Shown here: positions 10,753-24,351 of the stretch, piece after piece
Numbering within the stretch: position 1 is the stretch's first letter
Layout of the letters: each line of letters opens with the position of its first letter
From: Minutocellus sp. GHC0000111
Lineage: Eukaryota
DNA: 64,000 nt
Assembly: GCA_977018835.1 (NCBI GenBank)
Contig: OZ361259.1
Location: 1,488,001 to 1,552,000, forward strand
Reading direction: 5' to 3'
Program-made: the position numbers and the translations under genes
Notes under the pieces: model-generated
Databases searched by the model: none
Told to the model about the DNA's origin: nothing
The model's input: the letters and a program-made list of their open reading frames with translations, nothing else

Positions 10753-12117
10753 ATGGCAACGATGCAGGATCACGGACATTCGTCGTGGATGGACCATTCC
10801 CACGTCGTCGTTGACAAGCAGCAGCAGCGACACGACAGATACGGCAAACAAGAGGACGGAGAGGAAATCATCCAGAAGCTGTCCTCCGTCCCCGAAAGGG
10901 ACGACGGACGTCAATCGACCAGAAGGGAACCAGGAAGGATGCAGCGACGTCGCTCGACCGACATTCTCGCCAAGGAAAACATTATGGCCCTTCTCGACGA
11001 GCTAAGCGACAGCGACGGAGAGGGCGGCGGTGGCGGTACCAACGACGACGATTCGGTCGACACCAAGCGCCTCGAGGCCATGGCGCAGGAGCAGCAGCTC
11101 CAGAAGCAGTTCAACCAAAGCTTCAGCATCCACGACGCCGTCGCCATGACCAAGTCCAGCAAGCAGGCCGAGCCTTCCTCGCCAGGAGGAGGAGGAGGCG
11201 GGAAGGCGAAGCGGGGCAAGCGTCCCCCGTCGGCGGCCAAGATCGACCAGGACTTCATCGTTACGGCTCTGAGCCGGAACGATTTGTTCCTCGACCTCGA
11301 TTTGAGTCAGGAACGCATCGCCGAGGCCGCGACGCGATTCGAACGGGCCAGCTACGCCGACGGCACCGTCATCCTCGAGCAGGGCGACGACGACTTCCAG
11401 TCCATGTACTGGTATCTGATCGCCAAGGGACGCTGTCAGGTGCTGATCGATGGCTGACCGCTGCCCCGGATGGGACGGTACGGGGGGCTGACGAGGGGCA
11501 AGACCTTTGGCGAGGTCAGTTTGATGAGGGAGGAAGCCCGCAGTGCCACCATCGTGGCCGAGGGGGAGGTCGTGTTGTATCAGTTGGCCCGAAGGGACTT
11601 TTTGGAGGTCATTGAGATGACGCATGTTCTGGGTAGTAATGAGACCAGTAGTAACGAGGAGGAGAATCACAACGACGAGCAACAGCAGGCTCCGGGCGAT
11701 ACATCGGTAGAGTCGGGGAGGGTCAACGGTAAGACGAAAGAGGAGGCCGGTACCTCCGGCGCATCCTGCCAAAGTGAAAGGCAATGGTCGCAGGATCTTA
11801 CCGGGGAAAGGAATGCCCGATACGACGAGGAGAGCATGCCCCAGCTAACGGAAGTGCCGAAGGGGGAGGGTGGGTCATCGAGCAGCGGCCTGCTCGGATC
11901 GTGGTACGACCAGACGTCGACGAGGATGGCCCCGCTGATGCAGCAGAGAGAGTCCGCCGCTTCCATCGCGACGAAGAGCAGCGCCATGCATCGGGTGGCC
12001 AGCACTGGCACCTTTGCGCAGAAGCTGTTTTCCATTGTTGGTGCCGGATTGAAGGAGGAGATTGGCGCCCATGAACATGAAAGGCCCACCCATCGAAGGA
12101 CTTGGGCTGGGCCGTGA
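10753..12117 (+). CDS. Cyclic-nucleotide-binding (cNMP) domain protein with in-frame TGA at 11455-11457
   Basis: VILEQGD...WYLIAKGRCQVLIDG*PLPRMGRYGGLTRGKTFGEVSLMREEARSATIVA; ORFs 10747-11457 and 11470-12117 are in the same frame. Confidence 0.8.
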
Positions 12118-12365
12118 TGTCTTACTTGATGCATGAGTAATGTACTATATAGAGCTAGCTAATGAAATGAAACGAATGTGACTAATTTCCTACTCTAACT
12201 ACGATCTTGTAATAGTTTTACATACACCCGAAAAGTCGGGGAACAAGGCCAGAATTTTCGCAGCACATCCCATCTCAATCTAACCCTCATGTTCTAATCT
12301 ATACCATGCAAGCAATATACTTTCGCAACTCAGCTATTATCACTATATTCGCCAAAACAAGTGCA

Positions 12366-13649
12366 TTAAAAATCCTCTTCGGCGCCTTCGTTTACGTACT
12401 CCGACCACTCTATCCATGCTCTTCTTTTCTCTTCCTCGTCAACATCTTCTTGATAACCAAGGTGGGGACTCACGACAATTTCACCTACTCTGGAATAATC
12501 CTTGCAAGCATTCATGGTCTTCACGTGCTCGGCCTCGTCTTCTGCGATATTCTTGAAGACATCATAGAGATTATCGCATGGTGGACGCCTTGTCTTGGGG
12601 CGTTTGGAGATTTGGAAATCGTCGAAGAGATACAAGTCGGCGGCTTTGTAGTAACTTCTCGCAACTCTTGGAGGTGGAAGTGCCTTGAGACGTTCCTTGT
12701 TCTCATTGAAAAATGTCGAATACGTGTCAACTGCGTGCGACTCCAGCAACTCCATGAACTCATATGCTGCCGCGGGTGATGTAAGGAAGATTGCATTGAT
12801 TGCCCAGTAATAACCGATCGCCACGTGATATCCAAGAAACCTGTCCCGCCAACGAGCATTGCCACCAAGGGCCTCCATAATGAGTAAGTGATGAAGCTCA
12901 TTAAATTCCTGTGCGTTGTGAACCTTCCTTAGCTCAGGCTGTCGCCACCACCCAAAGCTCTCGTAAAGATGAAGCATGCTCACATAGCTAAAATAGGGAA
13001 CTCTTGCAATCTTTTCCAAAAACCAGAATCTGGCGATGGGTCTATCCTCGAATAACTCGTCCAAGCAAAAGCATCCAACATCATAAAGAGCACGAGAAAC
13101 CGGATTAGTGTCCACCTTCTCCCCGGCCCTGGCCTCGCGTCGACGCTCAGCCTCGCGGACTGCCTCGGAATCCAGTGTCAGACCGAGGCAGTTGGGCGGC
13201 ATCAAATTTGGATCGACATAATTCTTTCCGCGAATGCCAATTGATGCCAAAATTTCTTGCAAGATGCTCCCACCCTGACGTTGGAAGTTGTCCATCCCGA
13301 GTTGGAGGGCACTTTCTGGCCGTGTGCCATCTGCGTACTCTGGTTTCTCGATGTAGAGACAATCGCACGACGAAGTTTGGTTCGGCGTTGACATCGCAGT
13401 GACGCCAGCGTCAGCACCAGTCTTAGAAGACGGCGGTGCATCTTAGTCGGTCGATGTAGAGAAAAGCGGCTTCGCCTCCCTGGCACGAAACGTGAAAGAA
13501 GTACATGCATGAGAGCGTTGCGATGGGGCCGAGGAGATAGCAGTACGAGTAATCGGCATCACACCAAATGCGAGCGCCTGATGGCGGCCGCAAATCAAAG
13601 GCACAAATACGAGCAGCAGTGCCACAGAGGGCAAAACTAGGCGGGCCAT
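12366..13649 (-). CDS. PTOX: Plastid terminal oxidase (alternative oxidase family) with in-frame TAA at 13443-13445 in the presequence
   Basis: FWFLEKIARVPYFSYVSMLHLYES, NELHHLLIMEALGG, ESHAVDTY, NIAEDEAEH diiron motifs; the upstream in-frame ORF gives a signal peptide ending ALA-FG. Confidence 0.88.
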
Positions 13650-14537
13650 TTCATTTGTACAATGATCAGTAACCTTTTGTGTTTATGCGTTTGGGAGGCC
13701 AGCTCTTCCAATGTCGTTAGTCCACTTTGGTGCGGGTCTCTGGTATGGGGTGCTTCCTTTCTCGGGCTGCTTTTCAACTTCGCCGACATATCGCCGACTA
13801 GCCGTTGTTCGTGGTCGCCAGTCTGCTCTAAGCAACGATAACTGGCGCGTGGTCAGGCCGAGTACACGCAGGAATTCCTATTCATGTTGCATCGGCAATC
13901 AATTTGTCACCATCCATGTCCTGTTCCCCATACATGTAATGGAATTCCTTGATTTGGCCGCAAACTGTATTTGTTCCCTTCGAGGAGCTATTCCCGTGCT
14001 TCTGGTGCAATGGCGCATCACACTGCTTGGTGCCATCACTTGGTGCAAGACAAAAGAGGCCTCTTACATGTAACAGCTGTTCCCCTTACTGCCGCTAATG
14101 TGTGCATGTGCAACTTTGTGCAAATGACACTATCAATTTTTCCCTTCAGAAACTGAGAGTTGTTCCCCTTCGCCAAACTTGGCCTACAAGTAAGTGCAAA
14201 TGACGCACGCAAAATGAGATTGTAGTTGTTGTTCCCCTTCAGAAATTGCAGTTGTTCCCATTACAAGCCCACTCTATCTATTTAGTCTGTTCCCCCCCTG
14301 TCGTTCTCGTAGTCTACCAGCACCTGCTGCCTGCAACAACAAAAACAAGCAAGCAGCCGGCTACCAACCTTGGTGTTTGGCCCACACTGAAAGCACATTA
14401 CATGTTGAAGCCACGCGATTACAACTGCTCCATTGAACGCCGCACAACTCTCGATGAGTGTCGCATTGCACGAGGAAATTGCCACCCCCAGCCCATTCCT
14501 TCACTTGGTGCTCGGAAAGGCGAAGGCGCAAAAGCCA

Positions 14538-14539
14538 AC

Positions 14540-14569
<30 letters not shown>
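14538..14569. repeat. (GAC)n microsatellite
   Basis: About 10 ACG/GAC units upstream of the ORF. Confidence 0.85.
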
Positions 14570-14573
<4 letters not shown>

Positions 14574-14632
14574 GCACAAGGGTGATCAAAAATCAATTCG
14601 ACTTTCCTACAATCAAGAATCTTCGACCAGAG

Positions 14633-15370
14633 ATGCAAGACATTCCCCCTATCCCAAGCATTCTTCCCGAGCTCACGAGGGGGCTTGCGCTCACGATCGA
14701 TGCAGATGAATCGCTTTGCGTCCGATCTTCTGCGCCTACTTTCGTCGACGAACCCCCTTCGCAGCAACGTACTACAAATAGTAGCAATCTCAAGACTTGT
14801 CTTCATCCCGACGAGGCCACCAAAACATCAAAACAAGGCCTGCCCACGAAGAAAGTTGTGGACTTTTCGACTACTGTCAGAGTAAGGATTATCCACAGAA
14901 AAACGGACAAGGAACTTCAAGAGGTCTGGTACTCTCACGAAGAAAAAGAACAACTTCTGTTGCAGGCACAGAAAGCAGTCAAGCTTCGTCGTTGCTTCAT
15001 GTCCGAGAATAACTTTGAAGACCGACACGGTGAGAGCACCCTCGGAATTGAGCACTACCTAAGCAAGACCCTCTTCAAGGAACTCCAGAGAGAGAAGGAG
15101 GAAATCATCCAATCCGTCCTCCTATTCCAGGAGACAATGATGGCCCAAAACAAGCCTATTGATCACGAGGCATTGGGCCACGCATACTCCACCCTCAGCT
15201 CTTCCGCGAGGGAACGGGCCTATCTGACGGGACGTAATTACTCTCTTCCTTTCTCCCACATGATGGGCCAATCAGAACAAAGAAAGCAGCGCCGCCAACG
15301 CAGCAGCCAGGACCTTGGTCTACGACTTTCTTCATCGGCCGGCATTGCAAGACAAGGGCCTACCTGCTAA
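14633..15370 (+). CDS. Diatom-family hypothetical protein
   Basis: KKVVDFSTTVRVRII..WYSHEE..GIEHY..SVLLFQE..AYSTLSSSARERAY pattern; Met at 14633 is the likely start. Confidence 0.65.
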   Translation: MQDIPPIPSILPELTRGLALTIDADESLCVRSSAPTFVDEPPSQQRTTNSSNLKTCLHPDEATKTSKQGLPTKKVVDFSTTVRVRIIHRKTDKELQEVWYSHEEKEQLLLQAQKAVKLRRCFMSENNFEDRHGESTLGIEHYLSKTLFKELQREKEEIIQSVLLFQETMMAQNKPIDHEALGHAYSTLSSSARERAYLTGRNYSLPFSHMMGQSEQRKQRRQRSSQDLGLRLSSSAGIARQGPTC

Positions 15371-15675
15371 TTGAGTCGTTTGTCGGCGGAATGTGCATAT
15401 GTAATAGATGTGAAGATATTATTGGGCTACACAGGCTCGCTCGGTACGATTCGGGAACTTACTTCATTTCAATTAAGTTAAACATATTTCTTATGTCCAC
15501 TTCTAAAATATAGAACGTACGTAGAGATATCACATGACAAACCACCATCGGTGTTTTGGCCCGAACGTGTGGCCTGTACTATTAATAGGTATTTCTTCAA
15601 TGTGACAATTCTTCATGTGACAATTTGACATTTACGTAGAATCCAATGATACATGTAAGATGAATATTGGCCACA

Positions 15676-18600
15676 CTAACGCTCCACGGCTGCCGATGCA
15701 AGCCTGGCGCCCTCAAGGCGGGCCTTGCGTTCCATGTCCTTGCTGACGGCCTCGTTGATTGCTTCCATCCAGCTGATCTTGGTCGCCTCATCAACGGCAA
15801 ACACCATGAACGATTTGCGCGGATGCCGAATGTGGAAGGCTCGGTTGGTCTTGCGGGCAGCTCCGGTGAATTTGTCGGTGATCTTGAGCAGGTAGAGAGG
15901 TAATTCCTCGTGAATCTTGTAATCACCGGCCGATGACTTGTGAGCATAGACCAAACCATCACTGAACAGGAAGAAGCGGTACCTGGCATTCCGTCCCGAA
16001 GTGTTGGCCCTCTTGACGAGGTCGCCCTCCTTGATGAAGGCGCGAGACGGGTCGTTGAGCAGGAGCTCGCCCTTTCGAATGCGACGGGCGACGCGTTTCA
16101 TATCACGTCGAAGCTTGGAGTCGGTGTGGAGCGACGTGTGGATGTCGCGGATCATGTCGTAGACCATCTGAACTGCGGCGTCCTTGGACTCGTCGGACGA
16201 GCCCTCAGAACAGTATCCCTCCAACTTCTTGTACCAGTCTTCCTTCTGGTAGGCATGGTGATCGTGATGCTGGAGGCGCTGCTTCTTGGCTTCTTCTTCA
16301 TCTTCCATTCCCCTCGTCTCCTTGAAAAACTTGACTCGAGCAAGCTGAGTGATAAAGGCGGCGCGCTCTGTGGGCATGTCCAGGCAGATGGTGGCACAAA
16401 GAGCATACTTGAGAACGTCGAGGCAGGACTCTAGGCCCTTGGAGTCAAGATGGGCCGTGTCGAGGGTATTGTTAATGATGAGATGAAAGTGGTGCCAGGT
16501 AACACCGACGGCATTGCGGACGAGCTCGCGCGGTATGATCGGGCTATTGGCAGCGCCCTCCTCTTGGCCGTAATCGTAGTCGGCAATCGTAAGGAAGGGA
16601 TGCCTCTGCACAGCAACGCCGCGGAGAAGCTCTTGCGCCGGTTTGACGTTTCCAACAAGCGCCTTGATCATGGTCGTCAAATCCTCATCGGCACCATCAT
16701 TGTCAGTGCCGCCGCGAGAAGGAGCCGCGGATGAGGAGTATCTCGACTTTTCGGTGCTACCGCTTCTAATACTGGATGCGCCTCTGCCATTGGGCGCAAC
16801 ATAGATCTCAATCGCGTGGGATTCAATAGAATCGTAAATGGCAGAGAGATAATCTCGTGAAAGATCCTCGGAGCTCTCAACTCCCCGCAAATTATTCAAG
16901 AATTCAGATTTTGTCATCTTCTTGCGCTGCTTTCGTGCCGATCCTGCGGTGCCGCTAATACCAACGCTGTGGAGGTCGGTGTTGAGCATAATGATTGCAA
17001 AGGAAATAAAAAAGACAGTGTCTTGATCCTTGAAAGGGCATCGGATGTGATCGCCGGCATTGTCTTCCCAGTAGCACTGCGCAAAGGTACTGATGATACG
17101 GTCGATGCGCTGAGCCTCGCCTGGAAGACGGAAGCCACAGCTTGTGAGGAAATGGCGCAACCCTTGCTCGACATTCATTCCGACGAAAGATATGGCCCGG
17201 ACGTAGTTGAAACGAATGAGATTCCAATATTCGACGTCGGCGCCGTCTCTGCCTCCCTCGCCGAGGTACTCTCCAAGAGCTTCCGGGTCAATCTGTGCCT
17301 GATGAAGACGAAGGAATGATGCTACGTCTCGTGCCGAGGGAGCGATAAAGTTGCAGGCCAGCAAGTATTCAATGGCCTTCTTCAAACCCTTGGTGGCCAT
17401 AATGTCGAGAGCAACCTGAAGCTTTTCCTCGGTCTTTTGTGTTTCCACCTTGGGATTTATCGAAGATTCATCTGTCGTGCTCTTCACCTCGTCATCGTTA
17501 TTTGTTTTCCTTTTCGAAGGTGTATCGCCCGATGCCTCTTTGTCGTCTTCCTTTACGGTGCTCATAGGAGGAGGTCGATTGGCATTCATTCTGGGTGTAG
17601 GCGATAGTGGCGGAAGGCCACCGTTGCCATGGTTGGCATCGTTTGCCTTGGAACCGCCAGCCATGGGAGTGATGCGGATATCAGGTGATGCAAAGTTCGA
17701 CATGTGGTGCGGATCCATGGGCGACATGACCATCCTTCGCCGTTCAGCAAGCGAGGTCTGCCAGTACTCAACCATATCGGCACTTGTACATGAATCAAGT
17801 GCTCGTCCTGGAGAGTGGCTAGAGTGCCTTGTAGAAGTAGATCGGAGTGGTGATTTTGCTGCCTTGGTTGACTTTGGCATGCGGAGGGGCGACGAGGGAA
17901 CTCCGGCACCGGGTCTCCAGCCCGCTCTCCCCGCTGCTTCGATCTCAACAATGGCACTCTCATCATCCCGAATCGTCGATGCGACGGAGCGAGTTTCGTC
18001 ATCGTGGGGACGGCTAGTATCGATCGTTAGATTCATCATTGGCCTCTTCGGGGGATCACTGTAGTCGGTATCATCAGATGTGGCAGCAACCGACGAGAGG
18101 GAAGGAAGGTTGAAACCACCAGAGGGAGTTGTCCTGTGCTTGCCTTTGATCCGTTCGTAGCGATCTCCAGAAGTCAAGGCCGCACATTGCATAAAGCACT
18201 TGACGACTTGGCTGATTGCCTCGAACGCCTTCTCTTGGATCAATCTCGCTCCTTCTCGCATCTCCGCCATTTCGGCAAAGTCGGCACCTGCGACAACAGC
18301 AGAAGAGAGTGCTGCGGCAGATGATGCAGTTCCTCCGCCATCTCCGGCACCACTCATCTGTGTTGCCCGGATCGTTTCTGATACGATATCTCCTGCCTCT
18401 TCCGCCAAGGTGCAGAGCGACTCGCAAAGTCGCTGTGTGATTTTCCAATACGACCCAGGGAGCATTGGGACGTTGGATTTTCCGGAGACGTCGACAATGT
18501 CAAAATTGAGGAAAAGTTCAAGCACATCCTTCGGGTCGGAGGAGAACCAGCGCTTCACTTCGGTCAGAACATCCAACTGTTGGGCAAGGAGAGAAGTATC

Positions 18601-21600
18601 GAATTCCTCCAAAAGAGGCGAGTCTGACCCATGACCAGACAAACGCTTTGCAATATCCTTCAGTCGTTTTGGCAGGAGTACTTGTGGACCAAGGCGGAGC
18701 ATTTTAACGAAGAACTGCTCGATGAGGACACCAAGCTCCAGCTTCAAGTTGTAGCGATAATAGGAATGGCACCACAGCTCAGAAACGATGCGAGCGACTC
18801 GGCGGAAGACGCGGCGATTCTCGAGACCAGAGCTAGTATTGGAAAGGAGACAAGTCACAACAAGGCGGCGGACAGCATAGGCCATGGTGGCGAATGCTGC
18901 ATCATCCTTCTGCGGATCGCAAAAACTGCCATTGCCTCGCGGAGGTCGGCCGCCCGCTACATCCTCAGCTCCTTTTCGCAGATTCTCTGACATGGACAAG
19001 TCCCTCCAACGCTCGAGATAGTGGAGGAGGAGCTCCAGGCTGAGAATTTTGCTTGCAACATCTAAAAGGTAAATTCGAAGAAGGAGGGTAATGAAGGCAA
19101 AGTAGTGAGCAACCATGTGAAATGAAGCCGCGCCCTTTGTGCGCTCAAAATATAAATATGCACCATGATGAAGAGCTTACCTCTCGGCACCAGATTGGCA
19201 GATTGGGCGACTCGTCGGACCTTTCCACTGGACACTTTGACCAAACTAGCAAGCATGGAGAAGGATACTACGAAGCGGAACTTTGTCTCCTCGCTCGCGT
19301 CGTAGCGTCCAAACAAACCCACACCGCAGGAAGTCATCATGTCATGCCAAAACAACTCGCTACCACCGGAGCGATGTACTTGGTGCAAAGCCAGCTGGGT
19401 GAAATTCGTCATTTCCACCCTATCTGTGGAGTCGTCCACAAATTCGTCGGCCGCCTCTCCGACAAATATACCAATTGTAGATTTGGTGAGTGCCGAAAGC
19501 TTGCCAGAGGAGTTGGTCGAAAGTTTCATGTCCTTAAAGTCGGCTGTTGCCATCGCGATGATGTCACGACGCTCTTCTGGGCTCAACACCCGCACCCTCC
19601 CGATAACTACAGTGATAAGATCCTTGAGAGCAAGTGCCGCAGCCTGTGGAGCGCCGCCAGGGAGGTATCCTCTTTTCTTACGCAAGCTGGGAAGGCCGCC
19701 ATCGCTGATATCGGTGTTGTTGCCACCATTTTCGTCACCGTCGTCAAGGAGAATGGTATCAACAAGACTGTCTGCAATAGATGCACCGCCCTTATTCTCG
19801 CCTTTCGTTTTCTTCGACGGACTGTCACTGCCATCATTTGGCCAATTGCCCGCGGTAGGGATGCTTGCCCCAAAGTAGAACACAAAGAGATAAAATCGAA
19901 GGACGTAGCCAATAGTTCTGGCATTCAGGTTGCCACCTGCCAACCGAAGGGCGTCGCCCACAAATTCAATGCAGCTAACAAACGAAGTCTCCCTTGATGA
20001 TGATGTCGCCACATCGCATACGACCTGAACAGCAAGGTCCAGTAGAGTCAATCTTGTGGAACACTCGGACTCATGACGAGAAATGCTCGTAATGACATCG
20101 GGGAGGAAGAAATCTGTTTCGTTGAGGAGCCTGGTTAAGCCATCAACGGCCATTAAGGACGAACCGCCATGTTGAGTATAGCAGGCGGTGAGAATTGGAG
20201 TCAGAACTGAAGTACGCGCTTGTAGCAACACGACCGCTGCTGCCCTTGCAGCCACAGGATCGCTAGCCTCAGATATCGAAGGCGAGTCGACGGTAGGAAT
20301 AAAATCCATGGCATTGAAGCAACTCTGCATGGCAGGATCGGGATGGGTAAATATAGTGCGTGCCTTTGCTCGCGGGCTGTCGCCCCCCTTCTTGCCGAAG
20401 AGGTCCATTGCAGCGTCGCTATCAAAACGAGATTCTTCGACGCGCTCACTCTCGTCTTCCTCGTCGTCATCGTTATCACGAAACACAGAAGATTTCTTGT
20501 TTGCATAGGGACTTGGCATTGGACTGCCTCGGATGGCACGAGGCGGGCCATGACCGTGACCTGATATGTTGTGGAGAGAAAACGATTCTGCCGAGGATGC
20601 ATTCCACGACAAGCCTTTTGCCCGAGAAGCGGAGTGAATCGAAGCCGATGAGTTGCTTACAACCGAAGCCTCATCAGTGTAAAAGGAACCGTTGAGATCA
20701 TTGTTGCTATGACGCGAATCGAGTAACGATATCCCCCGTTCTAGGTTTGGCGAGGGTGTAGAGTATGCTGAATTTTCTCGAGGACGACCATCCGAAGATT
20801 TGAACGGCGAGCTATACACTGATCCGTCAGACTTTGGCGAGGAAGGTGCACCCTTTTTGCTTTGTTCGGCACCTCCTTTCGCCTCGGCTGCCTTTTGTCT
20901 GCGACTGGCCTCAATGAGAGTCAGCCGGTTCGTCACACTAGACGGACTGAGAAGTGGATGTGTGCTTCTATCCATCACATGGAATTTGCCAACCTCGGAT
21001 GGCACAACGGTACCACCGGTGCAATAGTATGCTCGGAGTCGTCGCTCCCAAATGACCTCGCCGTCGCCGCCAACCTTGCCTCGGGTTCTATCAGGCGCTG
21101 AGGCCAAGCCACACGCAGCTGCAATGCCAGCAGCTGCCGCTGCATCGCAACCCTTGCTATCGAGCTGAAGATTTGAGTAATAAACAGCAAGAACCAGAGG
21201 AAGCGGTCGGAGTGGCTCCAAATTGGCAAGGCGCTGGCGGAAAGCCAAGAAGAGAGCGGGACCTGCACCGTGGTTGATATCGGCAACGAAATTTCGGGGA
21301 GTTCTCTCCAGTACCGTGTAACCCTCTGGAACAGACTCCTGTGCTGACGGTGCCAAGGGAAGGATGCCAGTCAATGGATTACCTTCTCGGGAACGACGGT
21401 AGCAGAGATAGACACGTTCGCCAGCTGTTCCGAAATTTAGATTGGCTGGAATGGTTCCTCCAGCACTTCCTGCACTGGACGCTCCACCTGAGCTCTTTGA
21501 CGACGAGGAAGAGCCACCGCCTCTCATTTTCCGATTAGGACTGTTGCTTCCGGAGTCTTTTTTGTCGCCTCCATTCTTATATCTTCGGACAACACAAAAT

Positions 21601-23765
21601 CCCGGTGGGACGAATCTACGTAGTGAGCACAAAAGGAAGACCAAGCAAATAGGTGAGATGGGTGAGCAGACCCGCCTGAAATAAAGTTGGCGCAAAACAA
21701 TACTACTGCAGGCTCCCACTTACTCATTTCGATCGGGATAAATCACTGTTATTGCCGTCACACAAGGCCGCTGAACGGCCCTGTCCCAGTTCGGTTCTTT
21801 CTTTACGTTGACGTAGAGGGCGACGGGCTTCCGGCTCAGTTGCGTCAAGGCTGACTTGCCACTCTTGGCCGACGATGTCTTGCCCGTTTTGGCTCGTTTC
21901 AGCGTGGACAAATCGATGCCCGATGACGATTGGGCAATGCGATAGTAACCCTTTGGAGGTCGCTCGTTGCCGACTGTGACGATGATGTCTGTGATGGCAC
22001 CAGTGAGAATGTCTGGAGTTTGATTCTCAATGGCAAATGATTCTTTCGGGAGGGATGATGCCCCCGTCGGGGGTCGGGGCAATGGCAGATTAGTCTGCGC
22101 AGTTAGACCAGAAAGGTTGCTCACATTGGATTCTGTTTGAACGATCCCAAGTGGACTTTCAGGTGAGAAAGGACTTGCATCATCGACGAGGGTAGTAGGT
22201 TTGGCAGGCGTCGTTGGCGGCAAAACTATCAAAGGGTCGGACCGCGAAAACTTGTCGAGCCGATTTTTCATTTTGGACGACCTGCTCGATTTGCCAATCG
22301 ACCGACTGCCACCTGTACTGGTTGCGCCAGAACCCGCCGCGCGTGCTGCCGATCCACGAGGACCGGGGGGACTAAATGGTGTCGAACTCAGGTGCCTTGC
22401 GTATTCGGAACCAAACATTCGAAGCATCCGCCGGGGAGAAGGAACTTGCGAGACCGCAGGGGGGATACCGACGTCCTCACCGCTTCCATCAATGACATTC
22501 TTTCTGATCATTTTGGAATGCTCCGGGGTCTTTTGGACAGGCTCATTGTCACCATAATTGGCTTCTTCTTGGGTCCTAGCAGCATGATCATTGGCATTCG
22601 CATCGGATCCGACCGCGGCAACTGTGTCAAGCGTCCTTGCACAAAGAGCCGCCAAACTGACGGTGCCCATCCTGGTCTCTGTCTTGCGCAGTGCCTTGGC
22701 AGAGTACGGACCAACCTGCTGCTGCTGGCCCGACGCGCTATAGTTGGAAAGCAGAGGGGCCGTGGTAGCCGACGCCGGCGGGACGGGGACGGCAGGAGCG
22801 GGCGACGCCGTGGCGGGGGTCGAGCACCGTGTGCTCGGTGCCGTCCCGTCCTCCCCATCGTCATAGTCCATGGAATCGCTGCTCTTGAGCTGGATCAGGG
22901 CGAGGAGCGACCCCTCGTCGGATTCCCAGGTCTTCATCGGTTCGATATCGCCCACCGCATCGCCACCACCACCGGCAGCGGCGTGACCACCTCCGTAGCT
23001 GCTCCCTTCAATGCTCAGGGGGCTGCCCAAACTGCTACTGTCAACCGAAGCCGTGTGTCGGATGCTCCCGTTGGCGTTGCTTCTGCCCCCATCTTGTTGC
23101 GACGATGGCACGGCAACCGTCCCCGTCGACGAAATTGTATTGGCCACACTGGCGGTGGGACTCGTGAGGATCCGCCCTCGCGGAGCGGTTGTGGTGGCAG
23201 CATTTGCCCTCGGGGTACCACTTCCACGGCCAGGCGCAAACAACGGCTGCATCGAGGGCGGGATGACGTGCCGCTGACGAGAGAACCCCTGCTCCAAAGG
23301 AGTGGCAGCACCGGCACTGACACCACCAAACGGTGCCTTGTGCTTTCTCCCCTGGTTGCGGGGTGACGCCGACATGGACGTACCCTGCCGACCGGGACTC
23401 TTGGGCCTGATGCTCATGGTCCTCGTCGTCCCACCGAGACCGACGACGCCGACGGCCTCCTCTTCGTTGTCGGGCGGACAATCGTTGAGGGTGACCTGAT
23501 CCAGTATTTCCTTTACCAGAGAGCAGGCCTGGGTCAGTCCCGACCCCGGTGGAGGAGGTGGCTTGGGCACCTCGTGGCGGATTGAGATACCATTGGCATC
23601 CTTGCCATCATCGGCATTGGTCGCGCCAGTATGGTTGGCAGTCGGATCGCCAAAGGTGGTGCTGTCCGATCGTTGCCTCGCCGGACCTTCTCCTTCCGAT
23701 CCGACACCCGAAACGGTATTGGTCAGATGCTGCTCGTACCGAGTCCGCGGAGTTGGCGCCTCCAT
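15676..23765 (-). CDS. Large Sec7 ARF guanine-nucleotide exchange factor with MABP-like domains and C-terminal PH domain; 3 exons (23765-21724, 21615-19181, 19061-15676)
   Basis: Sec7 FRLPGEAQRIDRI...IIMLNTDLH; HUS-like RDVASKILSLELL restored by splicing; MABP-like ITDIIV..PPKGY / VPPGF..ANLNFG..RVYLCYRR / VPEGYTVLERT; PH FIKEGDLVKR..RYRFFLFSDGLVYA..KISWMEAI. Both GT-AG introns keep the frame. Confidence 0.9.
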
Positions 23766-24351
23766 GATGTGATGTGTGGTTGGCCTGGTTCAATGAATGG
23801 AATCGAATCCTGGAGAAACACCAAAACCAAACCAAAAAAATGCCGATCAGCTTTAGGATAACTGCAACAAACTGACTGACTTGCAACTGTCCGTCGTCCC
23901 GTCGCCCTCACCTCACCGCAAAATAAAAATGCCAGGGCTGCAACTTTGTTTGCCGCTGTGGAGGAGAACGGTACCAGCAAAATTCAAGTGCAGCGCAGGT
24001 AAGTCAAGTCCCAGGAGGGTCTCACAGGCTCCAAGGTAAATTTGGTAGGATCCATTTGCGCTTTCATCACATTTATTTGTTTTCGCTGAAATTTCTCACA
24101 TTCGAACATGTCACACGGCGCTCTTCACGGAGACAGCTCGCGTTGCGTGACAACGGCCAGACGAAAAAAGCACGAACAAACGTAACAACGCGTACCTATA
24201 GCTAGCTAGCTAGCTAGAGGTAACGACGAACGACGAGCCGAGGAGCCGACGCCATACTCTTTCGGAACGAAGGAGAAGAGAGGAGAAGAACCGTCTTGGA
24301 CCAGCATCCACGGCTCAAGAGCACCCCCCAGCTACGTACTAGTAGAAGAAG

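Noticed and set aside
12118..12180. Possible SECIS (ATGAG...TGAA) after the cNMP gene
   Set aside because: No adequate helix II pairing, and the TGA is not at a Cys-equivalent site.
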